Source: Octopus sinensis (lineage: Eukaryota). From it: a DNA stretch of 64,000 bases. The notes under the pieces were generated by a model, which saw nothing but the letters and a program-made list of their open reading frames with translations, did no database searches and had not been told where the DNA came from. Within the stretch, counting starts at the first letter, position 1, and each line of letters starts with the position of its first letter. The stretch lies in contig NC_043004.1 of assembly GCF_006345805.1 (NCBI RefSeq), positions 19,530,001 to 19,594,000 on the forward strand, in the 5' to 3' direction. This document shows positions 49,356-63,156 of the stretch, in pieces. Both the position numbers and the translations under genes were made by a program.

Positions 49356-50306
49356 CATACATACATACATACATATAAACAATAACGATGATGGTGATGA
49401 AAAAATTATATTTATATATATATTTATTGATATATTATATATATAGTATATATAAATATATAAATAGCATATATAAATATATAGGTACACACACTCGCGC
49501 GCGCACACACATACATACGCATATGGGTACAATTTATGAATCATGACAATTGAGTGAAATAAATGTTATGAAGAAAATGACATTTATCTAAAGTAAGACT
49601 TATAGATTATTAAAATTATTAACCACTTAAATTCAGAGCAGATTGCATGGTATACAAAATTCCTGAACACACACGCACACACGCACACAGACACAGACAC
49701 AGCCACACAGATACACATACACACGCACACACGCACCCCTACCCCCACAAAGCTTTCGTATATACTTTATCGAAGAATTACACATCATTGGTTTTGATAT
49801 AATACAGCCCCGAAAGCCGTTCTTTTGTAATTTCACGAGAAATATTCAAAAGTAGATTGTTCTGAAGAGTAAACTAAGTGATAAAATTGCAAATGGATTC
49901 TCAAGGGATTATGTAAAAGGTTGGTAAAAGTTACGGGAGAAATAATGTCTATTTATATATTTCTGGAGAGAAATAATGTTTGATGTTGCGCACAATGGTT
50001 TAGAAATAGATTCGTTTATTTGTTTCTTTGACTTAAAACTCAATGAGTTTATTGCCTTTGGAATTAAAAACATATTCACTCGAAATTTCCCAGAAAAATA
50101 TGAGAAATGTATTATTGTTAGAATATTTGTTTGAATTACAATTTTTTTACAGAACCTACTACTACTGCTGCAACATTTGCTGCTCCTACTTCTGTCACTA
50201 ACAAGGGTAAAAATATTTTATGTATACATACATACATACATACATACATACATACATACATACATACATACATACATACATGGATGCATATATTCAGGAA
50301 CGCCTG

Positions 50307-50374
<68 letters not shown>

Positions 50375-52699
50375 GAGTGTATTATACCTTGTTAACAATT
50401 AACACGGATAAATAAATAAATAATTACCAGGGCAGCAAAAATCTCACAAGTAAAGATGTTGTAACTCCTTGTTTATAAAGGTTGAAACTTCGTGTTTACG
50501 TTGAATATTTTGAATAATATGAATAAAAAATGGAGTTAACGCAGGTTTAAACAAGTATTTTTACTTTCTACATATGTTTCGAAAATTCCACTGATACTAT
50601 TCAAAAGAATAAAAGGTATAAACAATGCAATATATATATATTTATTTATTGCACAACACAAACAAGAAAAAGTTAATTTTTTCGAATGCAGAAATGCTGC
50701 TAGGATATCAGAAATACTGGGTAAACTACCTATACAAGGCGAGAAAAAATGTCAGCAAACAGGCATGGGACTCGAACCCACATTCCCAAGCATTCCCCCC
50801 GCTATGTTACCAGTTGCAATAGATATCTGCTAAGAAGCCGCCAAACAAGTCTGACATGTAGGGCAATCATCGAAACCAGATGATTTTCCCCCTGTGCAGC
50901 CCATCATCGAATTCTGTATTTCCGTGGCTGTTATTGGCATTTCACAACGCTCCACCTTCTCTTGCCGAGAGTCGTGGCATATCGTCGTGATAGGCCCTGG
51001 AGTTCATCCTGCGTCCGGCCTGTATTTCGTCCCAAACAGTTGAGCGAATTGATGCTGAAATGCCGCACACATCTGCTCAGGCTCGAGTACAGTGTGCCCT
51101 TCTTGATCCACCAAAGACCGAATTGTGGCCTTCATGCTACGTTGCACCTCTGTCACTCGGGCTCATCAAGCAGTTTTCTTTCCCCCATTTTCTAGATCAC
51201 GCACCTTAGTTCTGACAATGTATCCTTCGTGCTTAGTGTTGAAGAATTGGTCCTGGCCAATCTCGCTGCGATGCCTTTTAGAAGCGCCTCTTCTAAGTTT
51301 CTAAGTTTGGCTCTATTCTGTTCCTTTCTATCGTTATTTCCTTACTAAACCTAATCAATTCTAGTCTAATTGCTCATAACGTGTTTATATGACGATTCCT
51401 TACAGTCTGAAAGTTTCCATGAAATTGGAGAATTTTTGAGGCATACGAAATCTCTGCTTCTGGCTAGGCGTGAGTGCTTCGGAGCCAATCGACGTGTAAA
51501 TGATTCCATTGCGCTCCTAATGGTAGTTCTTCAAGTGCTGGGGTGGTGGCCTTGTGAATAGTAGTGATGTGTGACTCTCTCCTGTTCATTCGTCATATTA
51601 CAATGAGGCTTAGCAAATGATTCTGCAGTGTCAGTGAGGGAGGAGTATAAGTGTGAGAAGTTGTATATACAATACTTCAGAGAGGGAGGATGTCTTACAG
51701 TGACAAAGTGAGAACTCGAGGAAATCAAGTTACTGATGCTGTTTGGATGGGTTGAGGTGTGTGACAGAGATAGCGGATGAATTAGAGGATCAGAGGATTA
51801 TGATTTTGAGCTCGAATCTCAATGCATGGCTATATACTCACATATTTTCCACGAATGCACACACATGCGTGCGTGCAACAGGCAGAGGCTTTCTTTCGTT
51901 CATTTACATTTACACTCACAAAACCTGTTAATATACATACACGAAATAGTTGATGCTCACACAAATTGTATATCACATACATGCTTACGTATACAGAACA
52001 AGCTTAACTCTCATGTAGACCGTACTACTAACTCATGCACCTGTATAAACAAATAAACAGTTTTAGACAGCTCAATTTTCATATAATAATTGGAACCTAA
52101 TACGATTCTACTTTGAAATATAATATTCCGTAATTTCCTTTTATGCAATGATTGAATTGTGATTTTTGATTTGATACTGATGTCGTATCAAACGATTTCC
52201 TTGACGAAATGATTCTTATTTATATTCCATTAGTGCATATGGCATTTATTAACATCCAAACTCCAAATCTTCCGGTAAATACTTTTTAAATATTATATAT
52301 TCACAAACTATAGAATATAAATCGCTGTAATGTTTTCACAATCTATCTAATTAAATTTCCATTCACCATTCTATGTAAGCAACTTTAACTCTCACTAAAT
52401 CCAACCTACAATTCAATGCACCTCCAACTTAATCCACTGCATGTCCTACAGAAAACAGCTTAACATTATTCCGGTTGATGCAAGTTCATATACTCAACGG
52501 ATCTAAAGGCAATACATTTCTCAAACTCCAACAGCTAAGTCTAATCCTATGCTCTCATAATCTAATGTTATTTCATTCACTTGACCATTAAGATTCGCCC
52601 ACACGTCATTTTCAACTAAATATAATCCAATATACCTGAACGCAAAATCAAGTTTTACTCAAGTTACTCATCTCTGTTATTTTCTGCTACATTTTCAGT

Positions 52700-53474
52700 C
52701 TTGTTAGGAACTTACTCTCTATTGCATAGACGTAGCAAAGATGGACGTCTTTTCCGTAGGTGTTACAGTATTGTTTTGTTTAACCTTCATAAGTAGTTTC
52801 CTCCGCCTCCTAACGAACATACTTTTCCACAAGATCCGCAAGTAGAGATGTCGAATAATGCATAGTTAGCTTCCTTGTGTGTGTGTTGTTTTCTCTGATG
52901 ATTTCCAGAGCATGCTTTACTTAGACGGGCACGTCCATACTTATTACATACTAAATTGGGGTTTGCGTCAGCAGCAGCAGCTGTGTTATATACAATGACT
53001 AGATTCTGGTGGTATGTTTTAACAATGGATTGTGCCAGGTGGTATATCAAAGACAGTGTATTCACCAACGTTGTGTGTCGAAGGAAAGAAATTGATCCAG
53101 GTAATATGTTATCGAGAATGAACTGACCCACGATATGTATTTGTCACATAATACGTGCTATAATCTACTTCATCTAATTCATCTGTTATCTCTGTCACAC
53201 ACCTCAACCCATCGAAACAGCATCAGTAACTTGAGTTCCTTGAGTTCTCACTCTGTCACTGTAAGACATCCTCCATCTCTGAAGTTATAGTCTTGTATAT
53301 ACAATTTCTCACACTTATACTCCTCCCTCACTTACACTGCAGAATCATTTGCTAAGCCTCATTGTAATATGACGAATTAACAAGAGAGTCACCCATCACT
53401 ACTATGCACAAGACTTTTAGCCACCATTTCAGCATCTGAAGAACTACCATTAGAAGCGCAATGGAATCATTTAC
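52700..53474 (-). mobile_element. Old dispersed element with an RTE-like C-terminal Zn-finger remnant; partial copies at 51496-51786 (+) and 55890-56210 (+)
   Basis: 53173-53474 is the reverse complement of 51496-51786; 52700-53150 matches 55890-56210. Translation NLVCNKYGRARLSKAC..NHQRK resembles RTE C-terminal CxxC..H motifs. Confidence 0.55.
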
Positions 53475-53499
53475 TCAGAATATATGTTATAAACAATAA

Positions 53500-53900
53500 C
53501 ATAAATGTATTATAGACAATCTATTGACTCAGGCGATGTGTTACAGATCATTAACTGGCCCATGAGATGTGTTATAGAAAATGAATGGCCTTAGAAGTGT
53601 TATAGGTGCTGAATTGATCCGGCTACTGAGTTATGGGCAATTAATTGACCCAGTGTATATGTTTTAGTCAATGGATTGATCCGAGAACTGTACCTGAGAC
53701 GATATATTGAACTAGGTGATGTATTAGAGGTAATACATTGTCCTGGAATATTTGTTAAACGGAATGAATTGACTCAGATATTTCATAAGTAGTTCAATGA
53801 TCTAATAGGAGTAGGAGACATTGAATTGAGTGGGGAGAGGTATCATTAGCAACGTTTCGTGAACTGTGTGGTAGACAATTAATTAGCCCTGGAATTATCC
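53500..53900 (+). repeat. Degenerate ~30-bp tandem repeat (approx. gatgtgttatagacaattaattgacccag)
   Basis: Recurring gtgttatag / aattgacc motifs at ~29-31 bp spacing. Confidence 0.6.
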
Positions 53901-53915
53901 CGTACATAAATGAAT

Positions 53916-54288
53916 ACTCTTTTACTCTTTTACTTGTTTCATTCATTTGACTGCGGCCATGCTGGAGCACCGCCTTTAATTGAGCAACTCGACCCCCGGG
54001 ACTTATTATTTTTGTAAGCCCAGTACTTATTCTATCAGTTTCTTTTGCCGAACCGCTAAGTTACAGGGACATAAATACACCAGCATCGGTTGTCAAGCAA
54101 TGCTAGGGGGACAAACACAGACGCACAAACACACACACGCATATATATATATACATATATACGACGGGCTTCTTTTCAGTTTCCGTCTACCAAATCCACT
54201 CACAAGGCTTTGGTCAGCCCGAGGCTATAGTAGAAGACACTTGCCCATGTGGCTGGTAAACAAGCTACTTACCACACAGCCACTCCTG
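53916..54288 (-). mobile_element. SINE1 copy with an internal deletion of the B-box region
   Basis: Family match; lacks aaggtgccacgcagtgggactgaacccggaa. Confidence 0.8.
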
Positions 54289-56850
54289 ATTTTAGATAAA
54301 GGTTAATATTTGTATTAATGTATAATGTTTTCGTTTGTTACAATCTATTAGATACCGTGCATAAATTGTTCTTTGATATGTTAATGTTTATTATGATATA
54401 ATAAGCTGAACCAAAGGTTTTACCCAGCTCGTTCTTTCTTTTTGCTAGTGACATTTAATGATCATGGACGGATTAGAAATTTAATTGTTAATTCAAAATA
54501 GTAACTGCTATTTTAATTAATGAAGTATGAACAAATCAATTGGGAATTGTAGGAAATCTTTAGCTTTATTTTATCAATATCCTCATGATTAAACTGTATG
54601 CATTAACACTTCAAGTAATTGATTTTGAAGAGCGTACTGCGATGTATATGGAAAACCTGTATTAGTTGTTTCTATGTTTGCATGCATGTGCAAATGTATG
54701 CATGATATTTTATGGATATACGAGGAATATTGTAGAATCTCTAAGTGAACTTTACGATTTCTAATCTCACTTTCTTTTTATCGAACTCCATTTCACTGAT
54801 GACTAGAAAAGAATGTATGTCCAAGTTCGTTTAATGGAAAGAAAATATTTAGTCAAATTTACTAATGGGTGGAGAAGGTATACGAGTAACTAGCTCATAG
54901 GAACAGAGTCTGTTATTTCAACAGTAGGAGGGAAAATAGGAGGAAACACGTCTATGAGCTAGTAGCTGAATGCAATCCACTTTGTGTAACAATTTCTTCA
55001 ATAGTAACACAACCTTCTTCCTCAATTATATTATCACAAACACTACCGATACCCTACAATTATTAACAAATCCATTAGTTTCAAAACAATCACTGTCATT
55101 ATTATTGTGAACTTAATTTCCATCACCCGAAAGTATAGCGCATGATCTATGACTAAAACAACAATTACGATATAAGCAAAAATTAAAAGACACTTAACTG
55201 CAGAAGCATTGACAAGCTTAGGAACGCAACACCAATGAAAGCTATTACAGTATTGAAGAAGTAAGATACGACCATATATTAAATCAGGTCTTTATTATTA
55301 TGGAAGCAATGATAGTGAAAACGAATTTTAAACTTTGATCAGCAAATTCAGCAAATTACTGTCAATCAGCAGAATGGCCTTCGTTTGGATACAATATGGG
55401 ATGTTTTTGGCGTGCAGTAGTAGTAGTAAAGTTTTATTATGTGGATCTTACCCAGTATGGTTCACATTTGATTATCATGGAGGGAGATAATGATGAATCG
55501 AAGGCTTCCAAGGTACTGACATCGACTAGAAACTTCCATAGAAGTAATGATATCAACAGGCTCTACCTGGAGTGATGCAAGCCGGAAAAACTTGACGTAA
55601 CGTAAAATTAATTTTACTATTGATTTTCATATCATAAAGTGATAATGCATTCTGACGAATGTTTTTGAAAGGAAAACAGTAACAACAACAAAAACAAAAG
55701 CAAGGTTTTTATATATGAAAAAATAATATCTAAACAAAAACAGTACAATGTCTAAACATTGAAACATTTGAAGAAAAATACATCAGGGAAAGAATAAGAC
55801 TCGGAAAATTGTAAAAGGGTACATTGATAAAAAAAATATATTGACTAATTTAGTCTATTGTACATAACACAACACCAAGCTCGATTCGTTGACTATTGCA
55901 TCTATCATATGACAAATGTCTAAAATACATATCGTGGGTCAGTTCATTCTCGATAACATATTACCTGGATCAATTTCTTGCCTATGACAGACTCACAACC
56001 TTGGTGAATACACTGTCTTTGATATATCACCTGGCACAATCCATTATTAAAACATATCAACAGAATCTATTTCACTTGCCATGTGGAAAAGAATGTACGT
56101 TATGAGGAGGAAGGAAACTGCTTATGAAGGTTCAAAACAACAATATTTTAATACCTACCGAAAGAAACGCCCATCATTGCCATGTCTTTGCGAAAGAGGG
56201 TCAGTTGCTAGCAGGACTGAAAAACCACATTTGCGCTATTCAGCAATCATGGAGTCTGTTTTCGTCCGATCTGTTTTCAGACACATACACACACACACAC
56301 CACACACACACACACACAAACAAACACACCCACTTATGTAGTGTATCTGCTTCCAGCGTGAAGTCTGATCAAAAAGTATCAGGACTGGTGCTATAAAAAG
56401 AAAACTACGACACATATCAATTCGGCATTTAATCTCCTTCGTAGTAGTCCCCTTGTGAAGCCACACACTTTATCCACACACTGTATGCCTTTGATGGGAG
56501 CATTCCTGGAACTCCTTTTGTGGGTTTTTATGAACATCTGCCTCGTTGCTTTCTCTTGGATTTCCTTAGTGTTCTTTAGATCTGTTATCATAGCAACAGT
56601 TCCAATACATTTATAATGAAGCAAATACTAGTTATTGATATAAAGAGCCAATGTAGGAGAAATTGTGATAGTTCACTGTAACAATACAATAAAGAATTTA
56701 CTGATGATCCGTCGCCGTTAAGCATGCAACTTCACTTGGAACATCTAGTATTCCAAACAACCACAATGGTGATACATACGTTTATTACACACATGTGAGT
56801 GAGAACACTTTGAGATATTTTTGGTATCTAACATATGTCAGATACTGCGA

Positions 56851-56954
56851 GCGCTGCTTCTGATTGGTCAATCCATGGAGATGACCCGAGGTCACGGTGA
56901 CAGCGCTGCTTCTGATTGGTCAATTCATGGTGATAACCCGAGGTCACGGTGACG
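56851..56954 (+). repeat. Tandem duplication of a 52-bp unit
   Basis: gcgctgcttctgattggtcaat(c/t)catgg(a/t)gat(g/a)acccgaggtcacggtgac(a/g) x2. Confidence 0.9.
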
Positions 56955-57045
56955 GCACTACTTTTGTCATTCATAAGTTACAACTAAACGTGAAGAATTT
57001 AGTTATTGGGTTAATAAAATATGGTCGTTTATTCGTGTGTAATAA

Positions 57046-57224
57046 ATAAAATACCAAACTCATTCCCTATGGATACCGTATTTATTACAACTCGTATTTA
57101 TTACAACTCGTATTTATTACAACTCGTGTAAACGTATCTAACGAGCGAAAGCGAGTTAGATACGTTTACAAGCCACTCGTTGTAATAAATACGGTATCCA
57201 TAGGGAACTCGTTTGGTATTCTCT
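57046..57224. mobile_element. Palindromic MITE-like element with an internal 16-bp triplication
   Basis: Arms aataccaaac..ttccctatggataccgtatttattacaac...tgtaaacgtatctaac around a gagcgaaagcga centre; cgtatttattacaact x3 at 57077-57124. Confidence 0.75.
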
Positions 57225-57623
57225 ATTTATCTCCTTTATTCATGTTGCACTTGGACTGCAAAGCTATAGTATTCGAAGTGTGATATGAAGTAGCAGTTAC
57301 TAGTCAGTGAGAGGCTTCACTTCATAGCAATATTACTGTCTTCTTCGAGTCTTTAGGAAACATACTCATGCTTAGTCTTTTTATGGTATGCTGAACCTTC
57401 TTTGAGGTTTGTTAGTCCAGCTATTTGGGGGTTGTATGGGAGGTCGTCAGGAAGAGAGCACTTCCTGAGGAGCCTGTCAGCGTGTAGGATGTTGTTCTCT
57501 TCACTTTTCAGCATTAGGTCTACATATCTATATATTTTTTTACTGTTGTTGAACAAATGATGTCCAGACGACATTCACAAGCTATCTGCACTGATTTCAA
57601 CAATCATCTCTACATAGGTAGAG

Positions 57624-57904
57624 TTGTTGTTTTGTTCCTTCTCGAGCCATGCCTGGCTCATAAGGGCCGGTTTCCCGGTTTCTTCGCGTATAGGTTCCCC
57701 ACCTGGACGGGGCGCCGGTCCATCGCAGGTGAACTGCAAGATGCAGGAAGAAAGAGTCAGCAGAATTTCGCCATTACCTTCTCCCGGAGCCGCATGGAGC
57801 TTAGGTGTTTCGCTCATAAACACACACATCGCCCGGTCTGAGATTCGAACCGGGGATCCCTCGACCGCGAGTCCGCTGCTCTAACCACTAGGCCATATGC
57901 CTCC
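57624..57904 (-). mobile_element. tRNA-Arg-like SINE sharing head and body with 4004-4393 but with a different 3' module
   Basis: Minus strand ggaggcatatggcctagtggttagagcagcggactcgcggtc...ggttcgaatctcagacc. TSD acataggtagag (57612-57623) / acattggtagag (57905-57916). Confidence 0.85.
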
Positions 57905-57949
57905 ACATTGGTAGAGCCTGTTGATATCATTATTTCTATGGACGTTTCT

Positions 57950-58740
57950 GGTTAATGTCAGGATCTTGAGGAGTTTAATGTCTATGGCATAGATTTACTC
58001 TACCAACCAGTCAAGTATTTCAAATGATGGTATTAACACTAGTGCTGAAAATGCATTGTGGAATATTATCTTGTTGTAAGAGGAGACTTCTGACTGTCAC
58101 ATTTTTGTAAGTCTGGTTTAATATTCTCGGGTTATTCTATCTTCCTTTCACAGCATCTTCATATAATATATTTTCGTCGATGCCTAAGTACTTGTAACAA
58201 TCCTCGTGTGGAATAGGAGACATATAGAGAATTCATTGACGCAGCGGTTCTGGGTTTGAGGGTGAGATTATTTTCCACATTCAGCAATGAAATATGAACA
58301 TTTCTTTCGAGCCAATTTCCAATTTAATGTCAGTGTTATTAAATCCAACTATATTTTGGCATTGTAAACATTTTTAGCATAGATCATCGCCCACAAAGAG
58401 ACTATCAGTTACATTAGTATCTCTAGCAGTTTCAGACCCTAGCAGACAGCCTTTTAATTTTTGTGACAGAAATGGTAACGGGTTTATTAATAAAGTAAAT
58501 AGAAATACAGAAACAGTGTTTACTTGGAATATTCCCATTCAAATATTTATAACATGAGAGGCGATTGTTCCGCTCCCAGTTGTGTGAGGATTGTTACGCA
58601 GGTTTTTGTGAACCTCTCAGTGACAGTAACTGTTGTAGCAAGTACTTTAGCTAGATGATAATGCGCTTCAACAGCCATGAGTGGGAACAGAGTCGAATAT
58701 ATTCTTATAATCGAGGCTTACTGTTATAAGGTTTCTGTAG
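57950..58740 (-). mobile_element. Highly decayed R4/Dong-like RT remnant
   Basis: Minus pieces read NLITVSLDYKNIFDSVP and PHEDCYKYLGID, plus a decayed DD motif near 58390. Confidence 0.55.
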
Positions 58741-58830
58741 TATGTATGTATGTATGTATGTATGTATGTATGTATGTATGTATGCATGTATGTATGTATG
58801 TATTCATCTATGAATCTCTGCACACATATG

Positions 58831-59052
58831 TACGAAGGGGTGTTGAAAAGTTCTTGCGTCATTTAAGGGTGTTGCGAAAGGCCTGGTTTGAGGCCCAACC
58901 TTCAGAGTTCTTTTACAGGGCTTACAAAACCTGAAGAACCGCTGCAATAACTGTGCATCTGAGAAGGGAATAGCTTGAATAAAACCATAATTAACTGATC
59001 CTCCTGTATTTTCTTTTACCCCAAACCAGAAGCTTTTCAGCATCCCCTCGTA
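58831..59052. mobile_element. Mariner-derived MITE (second copy)
   Basis: TIRs tacgaaggggtgttgaaaagtt / agcttttcagcatcccctcgta; the interior is the reverse complement of 21072-21277. Confidence 0.8.
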
Positions 59053-60130
59053 ATGTTGAATGTAACAACTAATGATATTAATCTATTGTTAAATGAGATA
59101 ATGAGTCATTAATCTGTGGGACCGCCAGAAAAACGAGAGAAAAACGTTAATATAATTAAATGGTTTTAATAGGGATAACCACAGTTATCTAAAGTACAAT
59201 GATTAAGAATAAATGTTGGTTAATATTATTGTTCGGTGGAGTAAACAAGAGAGATAACTCCGAATGTTTCTGCTTTCTAAGCCACCGTCAGTGGAAGTTT
59301 AAACTTTGTTAGTCTTTGCTGGCTTGTTCTTGCTGGCTCTGTTGTAACTAATAGAAAAATTCAGAAGTAGTACCTGGAAACGAGACCAATTGACTATTAA
59401 TGTAATTTTGTGTAATGTAATAATGTGTCAATTTGTCAATTTTCCTTATGTATTGAATAACGCTAACACATGTGTCAGTCGACAATTCTTGTCTAACGGG
59501 AAAAAGATAATGAAATCCTAATACTTTTACAAAAGACAGACTGGTCATGGATGGTAAGCTTTTGGCCATAGCTTTGATTGTTCAGGATTGGCCTGGGGCT
59601 AAACAACTATAATAACAAGAGTATACACCAGGATTAGTTGTCAAGTTATCGAGTCTTTTGCAGATGATTATTTCCTTTTTATCTCATTAAAAGACACACC
59701 ATTGTTAACTTTGCCCATTCAAGCGAAAGTCTTTTAGTTAATGAGTGATAGAAAGGCAGAAAGGTTTGTATACTTACAATGTATAATCTGATCAATATTG
59801 ACAACCTGTCACTGGATGTGTGAATAGAAATTAGAATATCTGTGTACAGCATTGGAAGGTCTGAGAAGGCAGTAATATAATCCAAAACCTAATGTTTCTT
59901 CTTACATAAGAATGTTATTCAATACACCATTTCTTGAATTGTTTTTAGTTTTCTTAGCATTTCCTATACAAATGACTAGCATGAAAATTAGTAAAAGTAT
60001 GTGGAATGTGGAAATTGAAAGTGTAATATAATTATATGGCTATCGAAAGAACAGCTGTAAATAGTTAATGTACATCCTACACACACACACACGTGCGCGC
60101 ACACATATGTGCATATATATATATATATAT

Positions 60131-60198
<68 letters not shown>

Positions 60199-61077
60199 TG
60201 TGTATGTGTGTGTATGTGTGTGTACTTGTTTCACCTGCTTTTGACATTTTCGAATTTCTCATATGTAAGAAGTTCTCGAAATAATTTGGAAGTTATTCTC
60301 TTTTCAGTAAATACCTAGCTACTCAATAATAGGAAATAAATCTCTATATATATTGATTGTAAAAAAAAAGCAACAAAAACAAAAACAACAAAGAAACTTA
60401 AAAAAAAAAACGCGAAACAAAGGAGATTCTGTAGGAGTTTTATTTCTGTGGGACTGCTATAAAAATAATAATCGATGTATACTACGATATACCTCAAGAA
60501 ATATAAAAAGAAAATCTGGAAACAAAGTTAAACTATTATTTGATATGTAATTTTTATTTGCTTGAAAAATAACGTAATATGTTCGCATTTACCACAAGCA
60601 TGGCTTACAGCTTGCAGTATGGTCAATATATAATGATTACACTTTGAGATTTGACATAAATAAAACTCAACGAAAATTGAATTCGTTAGGTGATAATTTA
60701 TAAAGAAAATTATGATGTTAGATACAAAATCGATGGAATTTAAAAAAAAAAGATTATGCGAACGACGAAGTAGAAACTAGTATTGAAATAAGAAGACGTT
60801 GTCTTAAAATGTTTGCAAGTTTGCAAATGCATTTTAAAATTATTTTCTTCTTTAAAGCTGCATACATTGAAACTGAATATTTTATGTTAGTTAAAATGCA
60901 TTTCAACGACATAGTTGACAAATAAGAAAATACACTGATAAACGATTGGGATATTACGAAAGTAACAAAGGTGGTGAGCTGGTAGAGTCGTTAGCGGCAT
61001 CTCGTCTGTCTTTACGTTCTGAGTTCAAATTCTGCTGAGGTTGACTTAGCCTTTCATCTTCTCAGGTTCGTTTGTAT

Positions 61078-61534
61078 TTTGGTAGCAACTGCTATTTCCT
61101 ATTTGCTTACTCCTAGAAAGTATGAAAAATGGCTAATATTTTCTTGAAACTTTGCTTTTCTTATATTTATTTAAACCCTAAAGAATCCTTCTTACCACAT
61201 AGTAATGATGCTTCCCCTCTACTCCAGCTAGTGATCAGAGATGCACATATCGTCAGCCGCTAAGGTTAAGCAAACGACAAGCAAATCTGTGGTATTGAGC
61301 AGAATATTTGTTATAACGATATCCCTGCTTGAAGAATTCAGCGCTGAATTTATGTAATGTAATGCAAAATAGATCAGGTCGAAATCTTTGATGTCCAGGT
61401 CACAAAAGCAAAGCTTGAAGGGAATCATTGTTATTCCCTTTGATTTCTAGATAGAAGAAAATAGGAAATAACAAATCATAGCAAATAGAAAATAACAAAG
61501 ACAAAAAATAAAATTAAAATTTTGTCACACTGTG
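61078..61534. mobile_element. MITE-like element, second copy of 46948-47416 (left end overlapped by a SINE fragment)
   Basis: Colinear similarity over ~450 bp; right end tgtcacactgtg. Confidence 0.65.
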
Positions 61535-62194
61535 TTATTAAACACTCCTAAAAGGTTCTACCCAAAGTAAAGGTGTATCGTACTCGCATGTTATGTTTTT
61601 ACGAGTGCGTTTTTATGTGTGCTTATGCATGTATCTATGCTTATAAGTTTGAATTCAAGCATACATATGTATATATGCCTGCATGTATGCATGCATGATT
61701 GGCGTGCTTGTGCATCAAATAAACCTGTATGCATGTATGCTTGGTGGTATGCAATATGCTTGGTACATACGCAATATTTAGCAGCATTTATTTCAATCGT
61801 CGGTGTGAATAAAAATAAATGAAAGCGAAAGGAGATGTAAACATCTCATTGAAGTTTGTATGTAAAAAGTTCCAGGTATGATTGTAGTGGCAAAAATATG
61901 AACGGTGATGCATAAAGTACGTAATGGAAATAACACATATAATACATGCACACCGAAACAAGAACGTACACTCATATATCATAAATTATGTATGTATGTA
62001 TGCATACATGTATGTATATGTATGTATGTATGTGTGTATGTATGTATGTATGTGTGCATGTATATATGTATGTATGTATATATGTATGTATATATATATA
62101 TGCATGTATGTATGTATGTATGTATGTACATAAGTATGTATTCATGTATGTGTGTATGTATGCATGTAAATCTTTTATCTTTTGTAATTTTTCA

Positions 62195-62485
62195 TGTTCC
62201 AGGACTGTGGCCACGCCGAAGAAGTTTTAGTAGAATCAATCGACTCCAGTACACATTTTTTAAAGCCTACTACTTATTCTGTCGGTTTCTTTTAACAAAC
62301 CGCTAAGTTACGGAGTCGTAAACACATCAACACCGGTTGTCAAGCGCGCATGCACACACACACACACACGCGCGCGCACACACACACACAAACAAACACA
62401 TATATGAGAAGCTTCGGTGAGTCCGAGATTAGAGTAGAAGACACTTGGCCAAGGTGTCACACAGTGGGATTGAAACCGGGACCAT
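62195..62485 (-). mobile_element. SINE1 copy (diverged)
   Basis: Family match (agtagaagacacttggccaaggtgtcacacagtgggattgaaacc). Confidence 0.6.
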
Positions 62486-62561
62486 ATATGTGTATATATA
62501 TGTATGCATGTATATATATATATATATATATATATATTAATATATATATATATTATATATA

Positions 62562-62652
<91 letters not shown>

Positions 62653-62670
62653 CATGAATACTTATATGTC

Positions 62671-62826
62671 GTGGCTGTGTGGTAAGTAGCTTGCTAACCA
62701 ACCACATGGTTCTGGGTTCTGTCCCACTGCGTGGCATCTTGGGCAAGTGTCTTCTGCTATAGCCTCGGGCCGACGAAAGCCTTGTGAGTGGATTTGGTAG
62801 ACGGAAACTGAAAGAAGCCTGTCGTA

Positions 62827-62895
<69 letters not shown>

Positions 62896-63112
62896 ATGTG
62901 TGTGTATATGTTTGTGTGTCTGTGTTTGTCCCTCTAGCATTGCTTGACAACCGATGATGGTGTGTTTACGTCTCCGTCACTTAGCGGTTCGGCTAAAGAG
63001 AATGATAGAATAAGTACTGGGCTTACAAAGAATAAGTCCCGGGGTCGATTTGCTCGACTAAAGGCGGTGCTCCAGCATAGCCGCAGTCAAATGACTGAAA
63101 CAAGTAAAAGAG

Positions 63113-63113
<1 letters not shown>
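62671..63113 (+). mobile_element. SINE1 copy with an expanded internal (TA)n
   Basis: Family match to 24425-24830; internal TA run of ~60 bp. Confidence 0.85.
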
Positions 63114-63156
<43 letters not shown>

